NCBI GenBank assembly: GCA_937625935.1
Contig: OW569353.1
Location: forward strand, 310,001 to 374,000
From: Tetramitus jugosus
Lineage: Eukaryota; Protista; Heterolobosea
Length of the DNA: 64,000 bases
Reading direction: 5' to 3'
Shown here piece by piece: positions 20,745-33,900 of this stretch (position 1 is the stretch's first letter; each line of letters begins with the position of its first letter). The notes beneath the pieces are model-generated. The model searched no databases. It was given only the letters and a program-made list of their open reading frames with translations, and had not been told where the DNA came from. Made by a program: the position numbers and the translations under genes.

Positions 20745-23700
20745 ATGAAAGAAGAAATGTCAAGCAATGTTCTCTCTCTTGTTGGATACTGGAGACAAAA
20801 TAAAATTGATGAATTTGGAGTCGAACTCAAGAAGCTCCGAGATTTCCTTGAGGCTGAACCAACCCTGGTCAAGCTCGATACAGTTTGCCTATCCTCTCTT
20901 AGAGACGAATTCCTTCTGATAAGCTTCGATGAAATCGCGAGTAAAATCCACAGTAGTGATGCCGTATTGTTAGTTGAGGTTATTCGAAAGGTAATGGAGA
21001 TCACTGCGATTTCTTGGCTTGATTTGTTACAGAAAGACAGTGCGAACATGATTATAGCGACTCAGTTGTTGGATTGTGTTTATGGTTCAGAACATCTCAC
21101 TCTTGTAAAATGCAACGTATGTAAGCATAGAGTATCGTTTTCACTTTGACTGCTAATACCTATTGTATGTGCTAGATGCTTGCTGTTGTCGGATATTGCT
21201 GTTTGTCTTCCTTCGAGTGCAGAGATTACTTCTTCTCCCGAGGGTGTGAATCCATCACTGAATTACTGAAAGCAAGCGATAACCATCAATTCAGTATCCT
21301 ATGTGATTGTATTAGTAATATTCTGTATTGTCCCTCGAATAACAACAAGGATGGAGAAAAAATTCATCATTTCCAATGCCAGTTTGTTCATGTCATTCCG
21401 ATTTTAGTCAGGAGGATCGCAAATGGATATCAAGATGAATTGAACTCAGTAATTCTTTCGTTGTGGAATATTGTATATGATAATTGTGAGTGTAGTCAAA
21501 CTCTCTTGTCAGAGTATCCGAACATTGTTGACCATCTCTTGAAGTATGTAAACCATGAGTCTGAGTCAGTTCGAGGCTGTTCATTGCTTCTCCTGTGTTG
21601 GATTGGAGAAGCACAACTAAGTGAACTACCTGATTATGTTAATGTTGAGTATCTAGAGATGGGTGAGGCAATTGATGGAATCAAAGTCAATCACTTTGAT
21701 TCTGATCTGGTATCGAAAGGAATGAACACTATCGCTAACATAATTTGCAACCATCCCGAAATGGGATATGTGTTTGTAAATTCCAAAAGAGGTGCCTTTG
21801 TATCATTTCTTGTTCAGTACCTAGACAGTATGTACTTGTTAATATATGACCCATAGGCTTTATTCTTACTAACGTTTATTTAGACCTGGATGAAATAATT
21901 CTATCATCTGTCACTTTGGAACTTTATCGAATTATCTGTGCTTCCCCATATGCACGAGAAACTTTTCTGTACTACGGTTCAAGAATGAATCGATCCCCAG
22001 TATTGTGTCATTCTAACATAGGATTGTTCGATAATGGACTTCATGATTACCAAGTGGATATTAACATCATCACCCTAAAACTATTGAACATTCTTGCCCA
22101 AGAAAACTCTGGTCAGTGCTTCAAGCTTGTTGGACTAAAAAACATTAAGTACATTATCAACAACTATTTAAATACTGACCAAGAGTTGTCTTATGATCGT
22201 GTGAGGGAGACATTGAATTTTTTGGCTTGCATAACTGTGAACAACGACACGGTAGTATCACACCTTCGGGAGGATGTTCATATTATTCAGAGGATATCCG
22301 ATATTCTCCTTCATCTACCAATCAGTAGAGTTGAATTGTATCGCCCTATCTTCTCTCTATTGAAGTCATGCTTGGATCAAAGAAAAGAAAGCAATCATAC
22401 TTGCTCCACTTTATTTGACCGCATGTTAAGTATTCTGGAGCAGTCGTCACATTCTGGGGAACGAAAGGAGATCATTCAATTCCTCAGTGCAATAACTCAC
22501 GGAAAGAAGGATAATCAAGATTACTTTAGTAACAACTCTGATATCGTCAGAGATATCGAAAAGAGTTTGCAGTGTCCCAATGAACGACTCTATTCTCTGG
22601 AACTGATATACAGTTTGACCTATGACCATGATATCAACAAGAATATTTATCTAACAGAAGCGATCGTATCAACAATGTTGAATATTATTCAAACAAGGAG
22701 CAATGATTGTACCATTGATACTGTTATTCTCTCCTGCCTTTCTAATAACCCCAATAATCAATTGAAAGATCTTATCGCCAGACTAGGAGGAATGCAGGTC
22801 CTGTGCTCTCTTTTGAATGAGATTGAAACCCAAGAAGCAACCATACTATGTGTAAGAAGTATAATCTCGCATCATGAGGGACTCAGTCATCAGTTTATTC
22901 AATCAAACGGAGTTGAATCGTTAATGAAAATGATTCAAACAACTTCTAAGCAGATTCATCCAGATATCAATGATAGTGAAGAAGATCTAGAAAGTGATTC
23001 CTATGATATTGAAGATGAGAATAGCATCAGTCACAAAGCATTCTCCACACTAGTCTGTGTTCATGGATCACTTGCACTGGAGAGAGTAATTCAGCTACTC
23101 GAGGAGAAACATTCTTGCTTGGAGCAGATGGATCGAGAGGAACTGAAAACCTACCTGCCAGTATTGAATGGTCTCGTATACATGACCTCAGAATACAGCA
23201 TCGATGTTATGTGGCGAGTTCACAAAATTGTACACAATATTACACAAGCTCAACTCGAAGGATTGTCCTCAAACTGTCATGTACTACCAGAGTTATGGGA
23301 TGAAGAAGAGGTGATCCCTCATGCCATATTCATACTGTGCAATTTGACTTCATTGTCAGGCAATGACAAAGTATTCAAACAGTATCAGAATCGTATTGCC
23401 TCAAGCAACACGGACAAAGTAATGGGTAGATTGTTAAAAGTAGCGACACTTGCTCAAACACATTACTGTGACATGGAGCTCGAATCCATGGTGTACACCA
23501 TTTTGCACAACATGTGTTTCAATTGCGAAACAAACAAAATCAGTCTGTTGAATCATCATGATGGCTGTCTGCTGTTGCAAAGACTGAGTCAAATCATAAG
23601 AACAACACCAAGAAACAACAGCGACGACGATGATATGAGTCAAATGAATGAAAGTGATGGTGAATATGAGAAAGAACAACACGACGAGTTGTGGGAACGA

Positions 23701-23892
23701 TGTGTTGAACTATTTGTCATGTTAAATGAAGAGTGTGAGTGTCATGAGACGTGCGAGAGAATGATGGGGGAGAAGGAGTGTACTCAACTGTTGCAATACT
23801 TGACACAACAACATGTTGCCACTGAACGAGAAGTGAAACCCATTTTCATTGCAAAGTGCCAACAAATTCTGGGTCAAAATCTCCTTGCGTAA
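20745..23892 (+). CDS. ARM/HEAT-like alpha-solenoid protein, 3 exons
   Basis: Introns at 21117-21175 and 21828-21883 (TACTAAC branch point) join three ORFs in frame. ARM-like segments include LSLWNI, IARLGGMQVLCSLL, FIQSNGVESL and ILCNL. Confidence 0.75.
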
Positions 23893-23899
23893 TTTTTCC

Positions 23900-23909
23900 T
23901 GAACGTTCA
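23900..23909. promoter_or_regulatory. Palindrome TGAACGTTCA upstream of RPL13
   Basis: Lies 129-138 nt before the ATG; the same 10-mer is upstream of NOP56. Confidence 0.45.
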
Positions 23910-24037
23910 AGATAAAAATTGAACATTTGGTTGAACAACGGGGTCAACCGAAGCAAAAATCAACAAAAATTGTTAAGTAAAAACACAAAACAAAGTCATA
24001 ACATCACACATTCAACCTTTGGGAAAACACTAAGACA

Positions 24038-24703
24038 ATGACCAAGCACAATAATGAAATCCCATCTCACTTCAAGAGAAAGAAGTGGTCCAGAAGAGTC
24101 AAGATGTCCTTCGACCAGCCAATGAAGGCTGAGAAGAGACGACTCCTCAGACAAAAGAAGGCTGCAGCTGTCTTCCCAAGACCTTCCCAAGGTGACTTGC
24201 GCCCTGCTGTCAGAATTCCATCTTTGCACGGAAACTTCAGACAAAGAGCCGGTAGAGGATTCACTGTTACTGAGATTAAGCAAGCTGGTTTGACCGTTGA
24301 TTTCGCTAGAACCATTGGTATCTCCGTTGACACCAGAAGAAGAAACTTGAGCGAGGAAGCTTTGCAAACAAACATCCAAAGACTCAAGGAATACAAGGCT
24401 AAGTTAGTCCTCTTCCCATTGAAGAACGGTAAGGCAAAGAAGGGCGAGATCGCTGACTCTGCTGCTGATGCTTTGAAGAACGCTGTTCAATTGAAGACAA
24501 CTGTTCTCCCAATTGTTAACGACAGAACTATGCCAGAAGCAAGAGTTATCACTGCTGAAGACAAGAAGAAGTCCGTCTTCAAGACTCTCAGAAGAGCCAG
24601 AAGAGATGTCAAGAATGTTGGATACCTCTTCAAGAAGAAGAGAGCAGCTGAAGAAGCCGCAAATGCTACTGGAACCTCCGCAAAGAAGGCTGATGACGAA
24701 TAA
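24038..24703 (+). CDS. RPL13: 60S ribosomal protein L13 (eL13)
   Basis: KHNN, FDQP, FPRP, LRPAVR, RAGRGFT..E.K.AG, ARTIGISVD.RRRN and NIQRLKEYKAKLVLFP; strong codon bias. Confidence 0.97.
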   Translation: MTKHNNEIPSHFKRKKWSRRVKMSFDQPMKAEKRRLLRQKKAAAVFPRPSQGDLRPAVRIPSLHGNFRQRAGRGFTVTEIKQAGLTVDFARTIGISVDTRRRNLSEEALQTNIQRLKEYKAKLVLFPLKNGKAKKGEIADSAADALKNAVQLKTTVLPIVNDRTMPEARVITAEDKKKSVFKTLRRARRDVKNVGYLFKKKRAAEEAANATGTSAKKADDE

Positions 24704-24731
24704 ATTCTCTGCACATTGTCTTTTTGAAGCT

Positions 24732-26522
24732 TTACTTGTTTCGTTTTCTAAGAGTGGGATGCAGTTTGGCAGTTGTCTGATCTGCTTGATCAGAATCAAG
24801 GATTTTTGCATTTTCGTCATGCTGGTGATGCTGATCTGCCTCATTGTTTGTAGCGATTGCATCACGACTTGATTGGTTGTCTTGTTGCTCTTCGCTTGTT
24901 CCCTCGTGTGTCCTTGCCAGGCTTGGTGCATCATCACTCGAAGTGGATGGGGTAACTTTGGGTGCTCTGTGGATCCTCTTGGGTGGTTGAGGCTGGGTCT
25001 GTTGTTTGCCCAATCCGCCAATCTTTGCCCGATCACCAGATCTGGCGAAACGTTTGGGTTGTAGGACCTTTTGTTGCTGTGCTCTTGTGTACAGGATGAC
25101 AGCACCGATAATTACAATCACAAGTGACGTAATGCAGCTACAGAACAAAACAATGGGGAGAATGATGCACCATAGGATGAACCGGTAATGATACGTGTAA
25201 TATTTCCATCCAATCAGGTGAGCGTTGAAATGAATATGAGACGAGTAAAATTGAGCTCTGTTGTCAGAGATCTCCACACGCAGAATCGTGGTTGTCGTTG
25301 TTCCGTCATCAGCGAGGTTCTCTCGCTGTTGTAGAGCTGCATTGAACTGTTGAATAAGAATTTTGTCATCTGGTACCAACATGTGCAGCTGTTTCTGTTG
25401 AGATTGTTGACGCCAATTGATCAAGTAGAGTGGTGAGAAGATCAATGCATCCATCCATCTCAACAATTGACTCTTGTACTGTAGCATACAATTCATGTGA
25501 GACACAAAGAGAGTTCGAGTTGTTGTTGCGTCATTGTGGGATAGAGCTGGTGGTGATTTTTGTTGTTTCTGCTGCAATAGAGACATGCGAACAGTGAACA
25601 TGCCCACGTGTTGCATCATGAGATCATTCTCTGGTATCGAAAAATCAATACTCACTTGTTCAATAAATGTGACACTATCCATCACTTGTTGTTTCATAAT
25701 CTTGAACAGTGGAGCTTCACTGTGCTGTTGAATCACTAGATTCGAATACAAGCTATTACCACTCATGGGAGAGGACGCAGAAGAAGAAGAAGCACCGGCA
25801 GCAGCATAGTCATTAGACGACGACGACAATGATGATGATGATTGAATAAAGTGCAATGGATATCGATAGTAGAGCAATGGCTTGTGTGACATGAACAACA
25901 CATGGATAATAATTGTGCTAAAGAGTACACTTGCACTGAAAATGACACAGAATGCAATGAGACAAATCATGGCATGCATCAAATAGATGGCATACTGCTT
26001 GAGCAGTGGAATCCATTCATGTTCACAACGATGTCGAACATTTGAGGTCAATTGAGACACGGGTGAGACAATCATTGTGGATAGAGTGTGTTTGACAAGG
26101 TTGATGGGTAGATGAATGAACCATTGCTTGAAAAGAGTAATGGGATTGGTGGTGAGCAGTGATAGTCGTAGTGGTGGTAGTAATGATGGCGGTGATGTCG
26201 TTGTAGCAGCAGTAGCAGTATTTATGGTCTGATCATTATCATTGATGCTATTATTGTTGTTGTTATTGTGATTGTTGTTGTCTGTTTTGTTCGTATTGCT
26301 ACCGGTCGTAGTTGATGATGAGGTGGCGGTAGTGGAGGTGACCAGTTTCATGTCATACCGATCATAGTCATCATCACATTCATGTGCAGGAGGGACACGA
26401 CTGGAGTTGATTGAGTCTGTGATGGTTGAGGCTTCTTCTGCCCTCACCACCAGAGAACCACCACTGTCGAAAGTCGTTGCTATTGTTGTAGTTGTTGACA
26501 TTGTGCTGTGTTTGTTGATCAT
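24732..26522 (-). CDS. Seipin (lipid-droplet biogenesis)
   Basis: Two TM helices flank a luminal domain with YPLHF, IPEN...VGMFTV, CMLQYKSQLLR, LIFSPLYL, QFYSSHIHFNAHLIG and YYTYHY. Confidence 0.88.
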   Translation of the reverse strand: MINKHSTMSTTTTIATTFDSGGSLVVRAEEASTITDSINSSRVPPAHECDDDYDRYDMKLVTSTTATSSSTTTGSNTNKTDNNNHNNNNNNSINDNDQTINTATAATTTSPPSLLPPLRLSLLTTNPITLFKQWFIHLPINLVKHTLSTMIVSPVSQLTSNVRHRCEHEWIPLLKQYAIYLMHAMICLIAFCVIFSASVLFSTIIIHVLFMSHKPLLYYRYPLHFIQSSSSLSSSSNDYAAAGASSSSASSPMSGNSLYSNLVIQQHSEAPLFKIMKQQVMDSVTFIEQVSIDFSIPENDLMMQHVGMFTVRMSLLQQKQQKSPPALSHNDATTTRTLFVSHMNCMLQYKSQLLRWMDALIFSPLYLINWRQQSQQKQLHMLVPDDKILIQQFNAALQQRENLADDGTTTTTILRVEISDNRAQFYSSHIHFNAHLIGWKYYTYHYRFILWCIILPIVLFCSCITSLVIVIIGAVILYTRAQQQKVLQPKRFARSGDRAKIGGLGKQQTQPQPPKRIHRAPKVTPSTSSDDAPSLARTHEGTSEEQQDNQSSRDAIATNNEADQHHQHDENAKILDSDQADQTTAKLHPTLRKRNK

Positions 26523-26605
26523 CTGACTTATTTTACTCGCTGGCGGTATTTTTTCCTGCGGGGCATGAAGCTAAAAATGGATCTTTATTTGAAGTTGAAA
26601 TGCGA

Positions 26606-29226
26606 CTAAGAATGTTGCTGGCTGTCATCCATAGAACGAAGCTCAGTAATGATGTCATTGATACTGGTGTACGTATCATGGAGTAACATCTTTGCCTTTG
26701 ATTGAAATATGATAAATTGTTGAAGCGTTTGGGCAATGTTGGAGAATGATCTGTTTGGTAGACTCTTTCGAATGTCTTCTCGATTCTTCTCATGGTTTCG
26801 TATCAAGCAACCAATGACGATACCAATATAGGAGGCAATGATTAGATTCTCCATGTGATGCTTCTTTGGCTTTCTTGACTTTAGTTGTTCATGTACTTGT
26901 TGTTGTGGCCGATTATCCAATGTTTCTGGTTGCATTTCTTGGTGCTGATCGTCCAGTTTGTCTTCAAGTGGTACTAGTTCATCACGATGCACCATCTCAT
27001 AGAACTCACAGAACAACTCGGCTACATACTTGCAGAATTTCTTGTTGTGATGAGGTTCAGGAAGTCTCACATCCTTCAATATCTCTCGTGCATTCCTGTT
27101 TTCTTCGGTCATGTTCGACAGTAGACCACAGCACAATGTCACCACATCAAAGTGCTTATTGTGGTTGGAGGCAAGTACTTGGGCAATGATTGATAGACCA
27201 TTTTCCAATGCGATAAAATTACATGCGTCTTCATTCTTGTTCGTTATATTGGTTAGGAATGTTAGGACAGCGACAGTACATTCGACAATGGGACTACTCT
27301 CAGGAAGATCGTGCAGCGAACTGTTCTTATCTATTGTGTTGTGACGTTAGATGATAGTAGGAAATGCAATTAGGTCAGTCAGTTGGATATCTGTTCGATG
27401 ACAACATTTAAATTGAAATACATACTTGTTCCAGTAGATGACAAACACTGCAGGCACTGAATCAACGCAGGCAACAATGTATTCCAGGCGTCATGTGTCG
27501 ACTCATCATTCTTTGAATACTTTTTGTACAGACCGGATCTCTCCAACATTCGGATACATTTGCAAAGATCAGATGCCAATCGATCTTCTCTCTTGTTCTC
27601 CATTTGTAACAAGAGACCAGGTACTAACTGTTCAATTGTGTTCAATGCACCAGATGCATGAAAGAACAATGATTGTTTCTCCTGTTCAATCTTCGCTTCT
27701 GTTAGATTCGACAGAGAACCACTGGTCAATGACTGTTCCATTTTTGCTTGTTGTCTCACAACAATGGTGGACATGGCATGGAGTGCTCTGGAGATGCAAC
27801 TTGTCTTGAATTCTTCATCGCTAAAGTTGTTGTTGTTGGACGCTAGTGAACCACTATTACCACCACTAGTTGAGGATTGAGACCAACGTTGCTGAGAATT
27901 GTCCAAGTGCTTGTAATTGGTAATGCTCAACGTTGCTGTTCTTACTCTTTTTCTACGAACAGACTGAGAAGAGTTAGTACTCTGACTGTTATTGTTGTTT
28001 CTATTGTGGTTCAATTTTTGGAGAATGGGATGCAATTGAATGGTTTGATGAATGACTTGAAAGTGATCCATTGTTAGATAGTCAACATTCAATGGATCGG
28101 ACAACAGGAATGACATGATTTGTGAGAGAAGCATCGAGAGAAGTATACTGTTGTTGTTGTTGTTGTCACTTGGATTGAAACACAGTGTCAAGTGATCTAG
28201 AACTGTGGATATCATGTTGTGTGCTCTGAGAAACACACAAAAGTCATCATTTGCCGCAGGGATACCAGTTGGTGTATTGGGAGTAGTATTCGTATTCGTA
28301 TTTGTGGTAGTAGTGGTAGTAGGTGTAGTTGTTGTTGAAAAGCACATGTCAGCCAAATTGGACGCACAATCACTCTTGCAATCATCATCGGATTCTGGTC
28401 TTAAGCCACGCAATAAATCATAAATTTCATCAATTTGCATCTGTTCCTTTCCACTCATTCTCAACTCGGATGCATTCTTGGTTCTTTTTGTTGCCTTGGC
28501 TATTGTTAGTGTTGTTGTTGTTGTCGTTGTTGTTGTGACTGATGATGATGTCAATCCCTTTCTCTTTTTACTCACATTGTTGTGATGATGCTTATTCGAT
28601 TGTGAAGATTTCGTTGATTGTTGAGATGTTGATGACTTGTTGTTGTTGTTGAAATTGTTGTCATCATCGTCATCATCGTCATCTTCATCATCATTGAAGA
28701 TGCTGTCATTCATTCCGTCGTCATCATCCTTGAACAAGTCTTCATTTTGATAATCATCTAAACTGCATTGAATTCTCTCAGTTTTCAGTGCATTTGTATT
28801 CACGTAGGATAGTGTTGTATTTGATTTGGGTTTGATATTTGGTGTTCGATTGTCTGTGCTTGTTGCTTTTGTAAGCCTCTTGGACAGGGTTGCTGTTGCT
28901 GTTGTTGTTGTTGTTTTCTTACTTGCAGCAGTGCTATTGTTGTTGCTAGTCGCATTGATAGTAGATGGTGTCTTGTTGTTGTTGTTGTTGTTGGTCTTTT
29001 GCAATGAACGTGATGATGATGATGATGTCTGTTTAAACTTTTGTATGGATTGCTTCAGATTGCTCATTGTATTTTTCATTTTCTGAGTTTTTTGTTTCGA
29101 ATGTGACTTGTCATCAAAATTAAAATCATCTTCTCCTTGACTGTCATCATCATCACTAAAATCAGAAAAGAGAGATGAGGATGCGGTGGATAATGTTGTT
29201 GTCGTACGGATCCTTTTGTTCGTCAT
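26606..29226 (-). CDS. WAPL: Wings apart-like cohesin release factor, 2 exons
   Basis: Low-complexity N-terminus, then ELRMSGKEQMQIDEIYDLLRGL, FLRAHNM, LTNITNKN, LCCGLLSNMTEEN and IIASYIGIVIGCL. Intron at 27331-27425. Confidence 0.85.
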
Positions 29227-29390
29227 GTTGCTAATTGTTTTTTTTGTGGTCGAACTTTCAACTTTCTGCTGGAATGAAAAATGGAGGGAAAGTAGTTCTG
29301 TTGTTTTTCCTTGGCGGTTCTTGTTCCTCGGGAAGTCAGAGATAACATTTCAGGCGCACACAGCAAAGAAATCACCCCAAGCAAAAAGAA

Positions 29391-30785
29391 ATGCGAGTTG
29401 CAGTCATTGGTCTTGGAACAGCTGGTGCAGCAGTGAGTGTTCTACTGAAACGTACTGGTGGTCATTCTGTTGAAATATTTGAGAAATTTGCGAGTGCAAG
29501 GCCAGTTGGTTCAGGTATTTTGCTGCAGATGACTGGGATGTCAGTGTTGAATCATTTGGGTGCACTGGATCACGTGTTGGATCATGGAGCTATTGTTGAG
29601 AGATTGTACGGTACAACTGACAAGTCATGGTGGTCCTCCTCTCAAGCGAACAGTAATCAGTTCACTACGAGCAACGACAACAATAGCAAGGTTGTACTAG
29701 ATCTCGTGTATAAGGAATACAATGAGTCATTTTTTGGACTGGGGGTGCACCGTTCCACTCTCTTTGACTCCCTGTACAGCAAGGTGTGTCAAGAACAGAT
29801 TCCCGTACATTTCGATACAAGCATAACGGAGACATCTCTGCTCTTGAACAATGATTCTACCGATGGATCATATGTGAGAGATTTGTACTGTGAGAAGCAT
29901 CAGAAAACATATGGACCATTTGATTTGGTGATCAATTGTACTGGAACTCATTCTCATTTGCTCAATTCAGGCAGTCAATGCATCCAGAAGGCTCGTGCAA
30001 CATCTACATCGAACATTGACAATCAATTGAGAAAAGTGAAACCCTATGATTTTGGTTCCTTGTGGACCACTTGTCCCGACATTAATGGTGAGTTCACATC
30101 TCAGAAACAAATTATTCAAAAGTATAGGGATGCGTCGTACATGGCGGGTGTGATGCCCTGTGGAAGATTGAGTCACACGGATCAACCTCTAGTGAGTGTG
30201 TTCTGGAGTCTCAAGAGAGATCATGCAAAGGAGTTTTTGAATCCGGATTCATCCTTGGACGAGTGGAAAGAAAGATTTACAACATACTGGAATGTGTTGA
30301 CACCTCTAATGGATCATGTGAAGAGTAAGGACCAACTATTGTTTGCTCATTATAATGACATTCGTATGAAGCAGCACTACTATGACAACTTGGTGTATAT
30401 TGGCGATGTGTGCCATGGAACATCGCCTCAGTTGGGACAGGGAGCCAATTTGGCTCTCGTTGATGCGTTTACCCTCGCTCAATTGCTATCCAATCCACAG
30501 AGTAATGACAAGGTGGATGTTTCATCAGGTCTCAAGCAGTTCCACAAGATGAGACGCTCTCATGTTCAATACTACCAATATGCATCAGCTTGGCTGACTC
30601 CCTTCTTCCAGAGTGAGTCCAAACTGGCAGCTTTCATGAGAGATCACATCTTGGGTATTAGCTGTAAGGTACCACCGTTGCAATGGTGGATGTCGAGAAC
30701 CTTGTCTGGAATTCAGACTTTTGGTGGTACGCTGGACTTGAATGTTTCTCAAGTAGCTGACAAGAGGAAACAGATGAACAAGTGA
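29391..30785 (+). CDS. FAD-dependent monooxygenase (class A, UbiH/salicylate-hydroxylase-like), intronless
   Basis: Rossmann motif VAVIGLGTAG, RPVGSGILLQ, IGDVCHGTSPQLGQGANLALVDA and RRSHVQYYQ..S..LTPFFQS. Confidence 0.9.
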   Translation: MRVAVIGLGTAGAAVSVLLKRTGGHSVEIFEKFASARPVGSGILLQMTGMSVLNHLGALDHVLDHGAIVERLYGTTDKSWWSSSQANSNQFTTSNDNNSKVVLDLVYKEYNESFFGLGVHRSTLFDSLYSKVCQEQIPVHFDTSITETSLLLNNDSTDGSYVRDLYCEKHQKTYGPFDLVINCTGTHSHLLNSGSQCIQKARATSTSNIDNQLRKVKPYDFGSLWTTCPDINGEFTSQKQIIQKYRDASYMAGVMPCGRLSHTDQPLVSVFWSLKRDHAKEFLNPDSSLDEWKERFTTYWNVLTPLMDHVKSKDQLLFAHYNDIRMKQHYYDNLVYIGDVCHGTSPQLGQGANLALVDAFTLAQLLSNPQSNDKVDVSSGLKQFHKMRRSHVQYYQYASAWLTPFFQSESKLAAFMRDHILGISCKVPPLQWWMSRTLSGIQTFGGTLDLNVSQVADKRKQMNK

Positions 30786-30987
30786 AGCCTGGCGCGAAAA
30801 AGTTCAAAAAACCAAATACCAAAAACTTTGTACAACAAAAAATAAGAATAACAACTCCTCATCACAACACAGGGCCACAACATGCGTTTGTTTGATCCAC
30901 ACACGAATTGTAACCAAAATTAGAGAATCACAACAATCATCAACCAGCACACACAAAAAAGAATCACAACCACGCACAACAATAAAC

Positions 30988-33900
30988 ATGTGGAATGGAG
31001 TTTGGAAGAATCCACAACATGGATTCTATGCAAATGCAGTACCATTGAGTCCCAAATCAAACAATAACAACAACAATAATAATAACAATAATAGTAGCAA
31101 CAATACTGCAGCATCGTCGTCTACTTCTTCCACTCTGTCCTCCTATCTCTCCATGTTCTCATCATCAAATACAACAACGACACCTGAACCAACATCACCA
31201 TTACTATCACCACCACCACCACCACCGTCATCATCATCATCACCTTCTTCTCCTACGACGATAACAACAATGAATGCTAAAACCAGTGTGACAAAGAGCA
31301 ACAAGCAGAACAATAATAACAATAGTAGTAGTAGTAGTAGAAACAAGACAGATCATGCACAATCATCATCATCATCATTACTATCCATTAAGACTGATCG
31401 AAATCATGACGACTCAACAACAACAAACACACAGAACAATGTATTGATGATTATTGATCCAAATGAACGCAACAAACAATTGTCACCATTATCATCATCA
31501 ACAATGACTCAACAAACAACCATCGTACCTACACTAGTGTCATCATCATCATCTGTATCATCACCATTCTTTGTACCATTATCACCCCATACTACATTCT
31601 ACAGAGCAAAAAAGAGAAGTGCACAATCATCATTGAATCACAATCGAATACAAAATCAATCATCATCTATACCTCACAACATGAACAATACATCATCTAC
31701 TACTACTATGACTGCTTCTTTTTCGACAAACAACAATAGTAGTAACAACAATCATAGTAGTAATAAGAGAGAATGGGGAATATTCATGTTGGAGAATACG
31801 AGTCATGACAAGTATGTTCATTTTGGAATGAGAGGATTGCACATCAAGTGGCACAAGCAATACAAACCGACCATTATACCTATTCGCAAACAACAACAAC
31901 AACAACAACAACAATCCACTACTACTAATACTAATACTAATACTAATACGAGTAATAACAAGTATAGACAGAACAATAGTAATAATAATAATAATAATAA
32001 TAGTAGTAGTAATAACAATGATGATATGATTTGTAGTAATATAGTGAGATTGCAATTGAAACCCAATAGCTTTTGTATCGGTTACTATCCGTTGAAACAT
32101 CCGAATAGTCAACTATTGTTTGTCATTGAATTGCATGACTATAGTCATCATTATCAACGTATGCGCCATAACAATACTACTAGCAATAGTAATATGAAAA
32201 TGAATACAAGAACAACAACTGATGATGATGATGGTGATGGTGATGATGATGATGTGATTCATTTGTCATCCAGTCTGAGCAGTATGACCAACAGTATGTT
32301 TATACCTAGTTTCTTGCAAGTGTACAACAACAACAACAACAACAAGAATGGTCATCATCATCATCATCACAATCAAAATGATCTTCTTAGTAACAATAAG
32401 AAGAATACAAGCCATAATAGTAATAATAGTAATAATAGTAATAGTAGTAGTAATCATAAAACTAACAATAATAATAACAACATATTGGATGACAATATTA
32501 AGATGCATCCACCAACTCAAACAGCCATTGATGATGTGTTTGGTGATGATTCAGAAGATGATGATGATTCAGACGATGACGGTGATGATCACAAAAACAA
32601 TCATAATCATAACGTTAATAATGATGATGATGATGATGAACAACACAAGAGGAATGAATCTCATTACATGACAAATGAACATGTTGTTAATCATCATCAT
32701 CATCATCACAACTCAGAGAAACGGAGGCACTCTGCTACTGCTTCTTCATCAACATCCATTATTCACTCCCGTCTCATGTACTTTATCGATCATCAGAACA
32801 AGTATGACATTATATTGTCATGCAAGGCGATTGCTCAATCAAACAGTACGACTCACAATCATAGCAATGATCAATCCTCCCACCTACCATTCTACTCTCT
32901 CTTTTCTCTTCCATCCTATCTATCACTGTCATCATCATCAACAACAACAACAACAATGAATAATGATAAATTGATGATTGGCTCACCATTGTACTCCATG
33001 AGTGTGGAACCCATTACGTATCGATTCTTCTCAGACTATAGACCACTGAGTATGCACAATGCACCACTCTTGTATCTCAATCATAACATGTCGTATGACA
33101 AGATGAATCGCATTGATTTTCATCATCTCAATAACAACAATAACAACAACAACAATAGCAGTAGTAGTAGCAGCAATACCAATAGTAGTTATCTCAGTTC
33201 CTTGTTGTCGAGTAATACTGTTGTGGGTATGAGTGGTGGTATTGGCAACAACAGCAACTCTCAACCATCGTCATCATCATTAGCATACAAGTTGAACATT
33301 TATCATTTGATTTCATGCTTGTTTGAAGATGATGATATCGATACGATTCGAAATGAAACATTGTATCATTTGTTGGAGCTGTCAAAAATGAAGGACAATG
33401 TCAATCTGTTGTTGATTATTGATGATACAAATGATACGAATGATGATGATGGCAATAGTGCTCAATCATCCAACTGTGACGATATGGATCACAATCGATT
33501 CGAATGTAGCAAGGACGTTGTCATTGATTACATGTATCACACTATGAATCAATCGATACTTCAGCCCATGTTCCAAACCTCGAATCACACTCATCGCAAC
33601 ACGAACAGCAAGAGAAACAGCAATAACAAAAAGAACAAGGACACTAACAACATTTATGATGATGACAATCGATATGATGATGACGACAGTGATAGAGAGG
33701 AGAGCTACGATTCAGATGACGAACAGGAAGAAGTAGGACAGGAACAGCAGTGGGAGCAATCACTTCTTCAATGGTTTAAAAACATTGTTGAAGTGAAGTG
33801 TTGCGCGACACTGCAGAATGAACAACATGGTGAGCCATTGTGTAGTTCTTCTATCAAAAATCTCCTGTTTCAGTTTTCGAATGAGAACACAGATCGTTCT

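Noticed and set aside
24404-25105. 233-aa minus-strand ORF overlapping the seipin end and RPL13
   Set aside because: It is an alternative frame with no motif support, and both overlapped genes are already complete.
31060-33200. Repeat arrays as CRISPR, telomeric or satellite DNA
   Set aside because: They are in-frame trinucleotide runs encoding homopolymers, with no repeat-spacer structure or fixed telomeric unit.
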